Shown here in pieces: positions 54,150 through 64,000 of a stretch of 64,000 nucleotides of DNA. The position numbers and the translations under genes were made by a program. Positions within the stretch are counted from its first letter, which is position 1, and the number at the start of each line of letters is the position of its first letter. A model generated the notes under the pieces. It did no database searches. It was not told the DNA's origin and was given only the letters and a program-made list of their open reading frames with translations. This DNA comes from Octopus sinensis (taxonomy: Eukaryota): positions 100,192,001 through 100,256,000 of the forward strand of contig NC_043003.1 in assembly GCF_006345805.1 (NCBI RefSeq), read 5' to 3'.

Positions 54150-56330
54150 TCATCATCATCATCATTTAACATCTGCTTTCCATGTTGGCATGGATTAGTT
54201 TAGCTGAAACTAGCGAGCTGGAGAGTTGTACCAAGATCCAGTCTGATTTCAGCTTGATTTCTATCACTGGATGCCCTTCCTAATGCTTTTACATGTCACC
54301 GGCATGGGTCCTCTTACATGTCACTGGATATGTGCTGTTACATTTCACCAGTACCAGCCACAACTATGATTTCACTTGCCTGACGAATCTTAGGAACAGC
54401 AAATCACCAAAGGTCATGATCACTTGTCATCGCCTCTGTGAGACCCTACATGCGAAGATCATGTTTCACTACTTTGTCCCATGTCTGCCAGGGTCTACTT
54501 CTTACACAGATTCACCCACAGTTAGAGATTGGTACATTTTTATGCAGCTGTTCTCAAGCTTAAATTGCATGACAGATATTCATTATTTAGAACTGCATAC
54601 ATGCATTGGATCCTTTCTTATGAAATACAGGTTTGTGTGTTACACAGAGTATATGTAGAAAACAAAACAAAAAACAGACATTGTTTATAAAACATTAAGC
54701 TATCATAAGGTGTTCAAGGGAAAGGAGTATTCAGAGGAAAATGAAGTGGTAAGGGATAATATTGTAAATGTGACAAAAGAGGTTCCAAGGAGAGGGATTA
54801 CTGACTGTACAGATGGGGTTCATATAATTACATCACCTGAGTGAATAGCCCTGTGGCTAAGAGTGATGAAGGGATGGGTTTTAAGAAAATGAGTCATAGG
54901 GGAAATACTCAACAATTACAGATTAGATGTTGGAGCACAGATATAAATGATATACTTTTTGGATCTCATTTTTGCTGAGACGGATGAGTCTTCTTGAGCA
55001 CAGTATATTGCCAATCATCTTAGACCTTTATCTCTTCTATGAGGGTCAATATCCTGAGATCAGTCTTTATGGGTCTCTCTCTTCCACAGCTTTCATCCAG
55101 ATTTAGCAATCAGTACTTCTTTATACAACTGCCCTCAATCATCTGCATCACAAAAACATACCAGTAAAGTCTATTCTCTTGCATGCTACATCTGATTCTT
55201 TTTATGCCTAATTTCTCTCAACATACATTTTGTTGTACATGCATATTAACATTGCACATCCAGCAGAGCATGCTAGTTTCATTTCTTTCTAGTTTTCACA
55301 TGTCATTTGTGCTCACAGCCTACATTTCACTACTATGAAGCATTGTTAATTACTTCTGAAATTGCCTTATTAAAAAGAGAAAGTCAGCAGTACTTCTCCC
55401 AGGCACAAAATCTTCATTAATATAATAGATCAATAACTCTTGCTTAACTTTCATGACCTGATCCAGCAATTTGTTACCGCTGTAATTACTTCCCTCTAAG
55501 ACACCAGTTTGTTATAATACCACCACACCAATTATTGAGCATGATACCTTTCTGTACAACCTGATTAACTACACAGGTAATTAGGCTGTATACCATTCCG
55601 CTGGATATTTTAGACATCTCAGCAGTAATTTCTGATGACCCAATGGTTAACCCTGTATTTATATCTTAATTGATTTATCTAACATACTCCTATCAATGAG
55701 AATGACTGGTCCCTCTGGCAGATTCACAATAAAAAAAACCCCCTCTCCTATACATTCTCCACAGCTAGTAGCCTTTTATGCCATTCTTTCAAGAATCCCT
55801 AAGTGCAAGCATACCATTATCCATCTGTACACATTTCTCTCCAACATCTCGGTTTTCTTTGATACACTATCTTACAATCCAGAATACCTCAAGCCTATGG
55901 TCCTCACACTACAGAACATTGCAAAGTCTCTTCACTTTGCTGCTTCTTTTGCTAAATAAACAAGTCACCTAGCTTCTCTTCTATTTACCTGGTATATTTC
56001 TCTGCTACTCCCAGTCTTCCAATCCTACAAAGCTCATCTCTTTGCTTTTATGGCTCTGTTTACTTTGCTGTTCCACCACCACCACATCACCTTTGGTCTG
56101 ACTGGAGGTTTGTAACAGCTACAGTAGGTTGTCTTGTAAAAACTTCAGTTATCCTCTAAGTTGTATACCTCAATTAGTACTAAATATCTGTTCAATGGAT
56201 CTTTAAACATCTTATCTTCCTTTTTCAGATTGGTTTGTCTCTCTGAATCCTTTTTGCTCTAAGTCTAACATCATTAACCACTAACCTATACTGGCTTGTT
56301 CATTCTTCACAGGAGAAGACTGCATTTACA
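54150..56330 (-). mobile_element. Decayed RTE LINE remnants (3'UTR and fragmented ORF)
   Basis: 3'UTR at 54150-54520; degenerate RT-region similarity at 54960-55700 and upstream similarity to ~56330. Confidence 0.6.
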
Positions 56331-56454
56331 AACATCTGTCTAACCTGTTTTCAGGTGAGAATGTAGACAAACTGGTTGCTTGAAGTTGGTGAAGTCAATC
56401 AACATGTCATTTGCATTATAGAACTCTGACACACTTTGTTCCCTCCTCACACAC

Positions 56455-56517
<63 letters not shown>

Positions 56518-56924
56518 TGTACATACATATCTTTTATTTGTTTCAGTTATTGGACTGCAGCCACGCTGGGGTACAGCCTTGAAGGGTTGAGACAAACAGT
56601 TCAACTCTAGTACTTGTTTCTTAAAGATGGGTATTTATATTATTAGTCTCTTTTCCTGAACTGTTAAGGATGTAAACAAACCAAAATCAGTTGTCAAGTT
56701 GTGGTAAGGGAGAAACACACACATGAAAATATTTCACTGGCTTCACCAGACACACACGTATGAACAATGCATCCCAAAAGTCACTGATGAGTTTCAATTT
56801 TTAATAACTTACTTAAATAAATGCATGAAATGTTGATACAATATGAAGGACAAAATGGAAATTAAAATGCACAATGGGGGAGAAAACAGTATATATGTTA
56901 TGTGTTGGTATATATAAGGGCTGT

Positions 56925-58001
56925 ACAGGCCCTATACAGAGAGGCCATTAGTAAGGTTAGGATTAGTAACGGGTATAGGGAGTAATTCCGGGTAGAAGTA
57001 GGGGCCCACCAAGATTTAGTCCTCAGTCCCCTTATATTCATCATAGTCCTCCAGGAAATTTCAGAGGAATTTAAGACGGGTTGCCCCTGGGAGCTCCTCT
57101 TTGCTGATGACCTGGCCTTCATAGCAGAATCACTACAGGAACTAGAAAAGAAATTTCGGGTGTGGAAGCTAGGTTTAGAATTAGAAGGCCTTAGAGTGAA
57201 TGTAGCAAAGACCAAAGTTATAGTAAGTAGGAAGGCAAACTCATCATCCCCACCCTCATGTATTCTGCACGATCTGTAGAAAAGGTGTAGGTAGAAACTC
57301 CATAAGATGTACCCAGTGTAAGCTATGGATGCATAAGATGTACAGCAACATCAAAAGAAAATTAACCGAGAAGACGGCTTTCATGTGCGGCAGATGCACA
57401 GGAGCAATAGATACTCAGAAAACAGATTCCATCACACTCCAGGGAAAGAAACTAGAAACAGTTGATAGTTTCCGCTACCTAGGTGACCAAGTTAGTAGTG
57501 GAGGTGGATGCGCAGGGAGTGTCACCTCTAGAATAAGAATAGCCTGCGCAAAGTTTAGAAAGCTTCTACCCTTACTTGTGACAAAGGGTCTCTCGCTCAG
57601 AGTGAAAGGTAGATTGTATGACGCATGTGTGCAAACTGCCATGCTTCACGGTAGTGAAACATGGGCTATGACTGCAGAGGACATACGTAGGCTTGAAAGA
57701 AATGAAGCTAGCATGATCTGTTGGATGTGTAATGTCAGTGTGCACACACAACAGAGTATAAGTGCCTTGAGAGAAATGCTGGACATAAGAAGCATTGGAT
57801 GTGGCGTGCAAGAGAGACATTTGCGTTGGTATGGTCATGTACTACAGATGGATGAGGAGAGATGTGTGAAGAAGTGCCACTCCCAAACAGTTGAAGGAAT
57901 CCGGGGTAGAGGTAGACCTAGGAAGACATGGGATGAGGTGGTCAAGCATATCTCTGGAGATATGCTGTGACTTGTAGTTGTGATACCTGTGCCGGTGGCA
58001 G
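56925..58001 (+). mobile_element. RTE LINE RT/C-terminal fragment, cut by the assembly gap
   Basis: GCPWELLFADDL..DSFRYLGDQV..RLYDACVQTAMLHGSETWAM..WYGHV. Confidence 0.93.
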
Positions 58002-58101
58002 NNNNNNNNNNNNNNNNNNNNNNNNNNNNNNNNNNNNNNNNNNNNNNNNNNNNNNNNNNNNNNNNNNNNNNNNNNNNNNNNNNNNNNNNNNNNNNNNNNN
58101 N
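58002..58101. other. Scaffold gap (100 N)
   Basis: Run of N. Confidence 1.
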
Positions 58102-58350
58102 CAGCTCTTTAACATCCTCCCTAAATGCCTGAGAGACTTACATGGTGTGGATGTGGGTTTCTTTAAAACTAACTGGATCTCTTCTTGTTGGGAGTCCCAG
58201 ATGAGCCTACCTCACGACAGGAGACGCGGATGCGGGCAGCAGCATCGAACTCCCTTGTTGATCAAGTGCCACGTATCAGAGGTGGATTCACAAATTAGTG
58301 TAGCTCATTCAGCGGTGGTGCCCCAGCATGGCCGCGGCCTTCGGGCTAAA
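58102..58350 (+). mobile_element. CR1/L2-group LINE 3' end
   Basis: QLFNILPKCLRDL..FFKT(fs)LDLFLLGVPDEP..RMRAAASNSLVDQ resembles a CR1-like ORF2 C-terminus. Confidence 0.7.
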
Positions 58351-58771
58351 ACATTTTTAATGATTTAATGATTTATATATATATATATATATATATATAA
58401 CGGGAAGCTTTATGAAAATAGACAAAAGACGAAGGCAGGTTTACGGAAATAAACAAAAGACGAAGGCAGGTGGAATACAAACAAACAATTGTATTAGTAT
58501 GGCGCTCAGGAAATATAAATAAAACAAGTCTTTAACGTTTTGAGCCTACGCTCTTCAACAGATATATATATATATATATATATAAAATAAAAGCAATTAA
58601 GATTCAAGTCAATTCTAATGAATTCACTTGAATGCGGTACTTTACTTAGATGCACCAGAAAACTATATGGTGTTAACCATACAGTAATGTGGGGTGATTA
58701 TAAACAAGAAAGAAGCAACAAGAATGGATTAGTTTTTAGTACAATTGTACATCTTTGGAGAACTCCTATGT

Positions 58772-58865
58772 GTTTTAGCTGATGAGTACGGGACACTTTT
58801 ATCTGCTGCAATATTTGCAACTTTTAATAAAGCCTGTCTTTGTATGAAACAATTGTACTAAAAAC
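58772..58865 (+). ncRNA. Type I hammerhead ribozyme motif with long stem II
   Basis: Stem I GTTTTAG/CTAAAA(A)C; CTGATGA at 58779-58785; stem II GTAC../..GTAT; GAAAC at 58846-58850; palindromic stem III ACAATTGT; GUA triplet at 58855-58857. Confidence 0.8.
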
Positions 58866-59049
58866 TAATCCATTCTTGTTGCTTGTTTCTCGTTTATATA
58901 TATATATATATATATTATATACATGTAAATTTAAATTTAAAATAATAAGGGTGAAAAATTGAATATTAATTTGTTTAATATCAATTTAAAACCAGTGGTG
59001 TAGCATATTAAAAAGTCTAAAGTTTCAGAAAAATTTATATTACATATAT

Positions 59050-59345
59050 ATAAGAGGGATGTTCACTTTCAGTTCATGCCACTAATATTTCGCTATTAAA
59101 GTGAAAGCATTTGACATTACAATAGAGAGATATTTTTGTTTCACTTTTAACATGTAATACTGAAATAGTGAAGAAGATATGACATTGCTGTCGGATCGTC
59201 CTAGGCAAGAAGTTAAAAAAATTTTTTTTTCCATGACACCCCATTGACCCTAAGTAAGGCATGTGTAAAATTTGAATGAAATTGGTTGTGTAGTTCTCGA
59301 GTTTTAGGGATTCACACAGACAGACACACATTCTCAGTTTTATAT
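59050..59345 (-). mobile_element. Interspersed repeat, possibly a Helitron-like 5' portion
   Basis: Begins (TA)nAAAACTGAGAATGTGTGTCTGTCTGTG..CCAATTTCATTCAAATTTTACAC; no CTAG 3' end seen. Confidence 0.35.
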
Positions 59346-59349
59346 ATAT

Positions 59350-60060
59350 AGATATATATTATTTCGAGATGATCATTTTTTTTCCCCAAAATAAATACAT
59401 GTATTATATATTTTTTCTTCACTCATTTATTCCTGTTCTTATTTTATTATTTTAACTCACGCCCATTGTCAGGAAATCTTTCGTCATACATCAGTGACCT
59501 CTTCAGTGACACTTATCATTTTCGTGTGTTCTTACCCTACATACTGAATTGCATTCTGCTACTGCGTGTATCCTTATGTGCGCAGGCATGTGTCCTTGTC
59601 TGTGTGTGTGTGTGTTTTAGCAGCAGTGTAGCTTTCCCCTCAGCAGCCCCATCCTCTCACCCCATTGTACTGCTGGTGTCCTAAGACTCGAACATATGGT
59701 ACAGTTCCTGTATTCTTCTGTGCATATGTTTGCCCATGGTGTTGCCAGCATGACAGTTGTTATTGCCATCGTCAACACCGCTGCTGTCAGTGTTGTTGAC
59801 GTTGTGGCCGTCCGTGAAATTTCTTGTGTTTGTGTGTGTGTGAGTATGGGTTTGCTTCTTATGTTGTATATATCCATGCCCTTTATATAGATTTTATTTA
59901 TTTATTTATTTTATCTATCTCTATTTCTCATAGGTATCACAGGTAAGTGCATATATGTCTATTGTGTGTGTATTACCCTGTATATTTCTGTGTATCATTT
60001 ATGATTTTTTCCTCTCTTCTCATACCTTGTCTTTAGTGATGTGGTGGTGGGTGTTACTGT
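59350..60060 (-). mobile_element. Diverged PLE pLTR related to the palindrome arms
   Basis: Same hammerhead-like G-GTCA..TGAC-GAAAG core (59467-59511) and similar terminus ATGATCATCTCGAAATA versus ATGACCATTCCGAAATA. Confidence 0.55.
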
Positions 60061-60079
60061 ATATCATATATATATATAC

Positions 60080-61037
60080 ATCATCATCGTTTAACGTCTG
60101 TTTTTCATGCTAGCATGGGTTGGACGGTTCAACAGGGGTCTGGGAAGCCAGGAGGCTGCACCAGGCTCCAGGCTGATCTGGCAGTGTTTCTACAGCTGGA
60201 TGCCCTTCCTAACGCCAACCCCTCCGTGAGTGTAGTGGGTGCTTTTTACGTACCACCACCACAGGTGCCAGGGGATGCTGGCAACGGCCATGATCAATTG
60301 GTGCTTTTTACGTGCCACCAGCACAGAAGCCAGTCAAGGCAGCGCTGGCATCAGCCATGTTCGGAGGGTGCTTTTTATATGCCACTGGCACAGGTATCAC
60401 AACTACAATTTCCATTTCATATTTATTTTGATGTTGATGTACTTGACTCAATAGGTCTCCTCAAGCACAGCAGGCTGTCTTGCGATCCAAGGCACTTTGG
60501 ATGGTCTGGGGCTTCTGTGAAGCTGGTGCAGGAAACAGCCATGAACTCACGTTGTCGGATCTTCGCAGTCACAGCATATCTCCAGAGGTCTCAGTCTTTT
60601 GTCATTGCCTCTGTGAGACCCATTGTTCGAAGGTCATACTTGACCACCTCATCCCATGTATTCCTGGGTCTACCTCTACCCCGGATTCCTTCAACTGTTT
60701 GGGAGTGGTACTTCTTCACACATCTCTCCTCATCCATCCGTAGTACATGACCATACCAGTGCAGACGTCTCTCTTGCACGCCACATCCAATGCTTCTTAT
60801 GTCCAGCATTTCTCTCAGGGCACTTATGTCCTCTGCGGTCACAGCCCATGTTTCACTACCATGAAGCATGGCAGTTTGCACGCATGCGTCATACAATCTA
60901 CCTTTCACTCTGAGCAAGAGACCTTTTGTCACCAGTAGGGGTAGAAGCTTTCTTAACTTTGCCCAGGCTATTCTTATTATAGTGGTAACACTCTCTGAGC
61001 ATCCACCCCCACTACTAACTTGGTTACCTAGGTAGTG
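60080..61037 (-). mobile_element. RTE LINE 3' fragment
   Basis: DSFHYLGNQVSSGGGC..RLYDACVQTAMLHGSETWAV..WYGHV; 3'UTR and (GAT)n tail. Confidence 0.92.
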
Positions 61038-62339
61038 GAAACTATCAACTACTTCTAAAATATATATATTCTTTTATTTTTTTACTTGTTTCAGTCATTT
61101 GACTGTGGACATGCTGGAGCGCCACCATATAAAAATTTAACAAATGTAGTTATCTCACTATAAATTTATTCATTCACTAGAAACTGGCTGACAGGAAAAT
61201 ATGGTGTACACTTTTCTGTCTGAATTTCCGAGATGAGCAATTATTATTATTAAGATAGCAAGCTAGCAGAATCGTTAACAGACCAGACAAAATGCTGAGT
61301 GCCATTTTATACATCTTTGCGTTCTGAGTTCAAATTCTTCCAAGATTGCCTTTATCTTTCATCCTTATGGGGCTGATAAAATAGGTACCAGTTGCACATT
61401 GAGATCGATGTAATTAACTAGACCATCCCCATAAATTACAGGCTTTGTGTCTATAGTAAAAAGGATTATTATTATTATAGGCAATGAGCTGGCAGAACCA
61501 TTAGCATACCAGACAAAATGCTACTAAACATTGTCAGTTCAAATTCCACCAAAGTCAACTTTGATTTTCATCCTTTCAGAGTCAATAAAATAATACCAGT
61601 CAAGTACTGGGGTGGATGCAACTGACTAGCTCTTCCCCTCCAAATTACTGGCCTTATGCAAACATGATAGAATAATAATAATTATTATTATTATTATATA
61701 CCAATATATTCAGACTATTGCCTTTATCTTCACATCATCACCATTTACCATTCACTTTTCCATGCTTGCATGGGTGAGACAGAATTTTATTGAAGTAGAT
61801 TTTCTACAGCTAGATGCTTTTTCTGTCACCAGTTCCCAAGCAAGGTAATATTTTCTCATAGACAGACATGAAGACTGGAAACAAGCAACCTCACTTGTAT
61901 GACAGTGATGCTTGTTTACAACATCACATGATATCAAGACAACAGTACACACACACACATACATACATAACAGATTTCTTTCAGTTTCCATCTATATCTA
62001 CTCAGGTTTTTGTCATCCCATGGTATATTACAAGGCTTTTGTCTAAAGTGCAACACACTGGGTTTGAATACAAGACAACATAGCTAGGAAACAAGCTTCT
62101 TGATCACAGACATGCCTGTGCCTAGAAGATCGTTATAATCACAGTGTTTTGACCGTTGTACTCTCTTCAGGGGCCTTTTATATAATGTTCTTGGAATGAT
62201 ATCATTATATATGACATTCAGAATAATACAGACGGCTTTTTTACATTTTCTAACCATTCTCTTCTAACAACCAAGATATTTAAATTGTGTTCTATGAAAA
62301 ATATTTTGTCATTCAAATTTATCAGTACTTTCTTTTGTA

Positions 62340-62665
62340 CCACAATAACACTAGCCTCTGCTCCTCATAGTTGGTTGCTTTGAATCCACCTCCATTCAGT
62401 CATTTGCAACTCACTCATCTCTCATCACTCTTTATATTGTGTCCACCCTCCACCCAGGCACTGCACTAAACACAATGCCTAGTCCTTCCTTTCCAGGACA
62501 CTGGCTCTCTGGAATTCCCTCCCTGCACATTATATCTGAAGCTGACTCACAACTGTTGAAGAGAGAGTATTAACAGTGTCAGACTGGGAGAGTCTATGAA
62601 GGCCATGGACACAGCACTATTTCTACAGACCAAACCAAACTAAAAAATAAATAAACAAAATAGAA
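62340..62665 (+). mobile_element. CR1/L2/Jockey-group LINE 3' end
   Basis: SFLSRTLALWNSLPAH (SFFxRT..LWNSLP motif) followed by an A-rich tail. Confidence 0.7.
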
Positions 62666-63502
62666 TTAGAGTAAACCGCCTGCAAACAATACTTATATAT
62701 AAAGCATCAGTTTGTGTATATGTGCATGTGTAAATCATTGTTTCTTACATCAGAATCTGGTAGCAACAGAAATGGTTTTAAAATCAATGTAAACAAATAG
62801 AGAGGCAGCATTATTGATTCTCAAACTGAAAATGAAAGAACACAGACTATTTTCTGATTTTGGAGTCGTGACATTTGGGGGAAAAAAACTACACACAAGC
62901 TTGTCACAGAAACAATGACAATAACACAAACTGAATGATGTTGATGTTATTGTCTAGTTCCTGGGTCAACATTGATAGAGCAAATTAAATGTATTATAAC
63001 AGGTAACCATCTCGGCCTTTTCCAACGTACAAGAAAGCCAGAATCACATTAAATGAATCCGTTTTTATGACACGCTAAATAAGTGGTTTGTGCGGTATTT
63101 GGCAGCTATTTCTAGCAAGTCATGGAATCACGAAGAATGAACATTAGGAGGCTTAGAACAAAGCACCAGATTAGTTATTATATTTGTTGCTGTTGTTGTT
63201 TAGACTAAAGTCAGCGCTGATTGAGCACACCTATGATTAAAGACATTCCACTCATAACTATCAAATTTTTTTTATGTATCAAGAACTAGTCTTCAACGAA
63301 ACCTACTATTTTTTAGGACGGCAGGGTGTGATTTGAAGGAATTAAGGGTGATTTTCTAGTAAGTCGATCGACCACGTAGAGGCTCCGTCGTAGTCTGGAC
63401 TGGTGAACAGCGTTAGTGGCCATAAACAAAAAAGCTCAGAGAAACGTTGATGTTTACGTCAAGAAGCTAGTAAACAGCGTTGCATTAGAAGTGAATACAT
63501 GC

Positions 63503-63558
<56 letters not shown>

Positions 63559-64000
63559 GATATATATATATATATAGTTCATGGTTAGAAGAGAAAGCAG
63601 ATTGTTATTTATGGAAGTATGTAGGCTTGGTGGCAGAAACACGACTAATAGACGAAGTTGCTTCTTTAATAACAGAATTTAGTGGGGCTCCCGTTGTTAG
63701 GTTTCTTGTTAAGGGCGACCATTTGTTTTGCTGCATATCGGCTCGGATCAAAAAGTATTTGCAGCCGTAACCGCCTTGTCTTTTGGTGATGAGAGTATGT
63801 CTAAGACTACATTATTCAATGCGTCATTTCTTAAATGAAGACACTGCTAGTATGATGCGATTTGAGGAATATCTGGCTACTTCTTCTAGCAGGTTAAACA
63901 ATCACCAACGTTGAACATAGAAATTTTGTACGTTACAGTTTAGATTTCAAAAACCTCATTGGGCCAAATAATTTAAATATAATTTTATACATTCATTATT

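Noticed and set aside
59934-59942. Plus-strand 9-nt microexon-like site (ctcatag|GTATCACAG|gtaagt)
   Set aside because: No plus-strand host gene found, and it lies within the antisense of a probable PLE pLTR.

Overview
AT-rich, repeat-dense animal genomic DNA. The repeat families and long (TA)n arrays resemble an Octopus (coleoid cephalopod) genome, which is my inference. The window lies in the 5' part of an SMG1 gene (PIKK-family nonsense-mediated decay kinase) on the minus strand. I mapped 13 phase-compatible GT-AG exons (51434 down to 1322, 1472 nt, about 490 codons) covering the N-terminal HEAT region; the true 5' end and the kinase-encoding 3' part are not identified here. The introns hold about 9 RTE LINE remnants (ORF2 has a PHD-type finger after the RT core), CR1/L2-like 3' ends, tRNA-type SINE clusters, a pogo/Tigger element, a hAT MITE with a perfect 8-bp TSD, a head-to-tail Helitron-like array, several Penelope-like element (PLE) remnants and kilobase (TA)n arrays. 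There is a 100-N gap at 58002-58101. The most notable observations are: (i) hammerhead-ribozyme-like motifs at 8 positions, including a near-canonical type I hammerhead with a 60-nt rod-like stem II and an upstream antisense arm (58701-58896); (ii) a 1.55-kb near-perfect PLE-derived palindrome between two large TA arrays; (iii) cassette-exon candidates in the 16-kb SMG1 intron, one an in-frame 18-nt microexon and two carrying premature stops. All RNA folds and family calls were made by eye.
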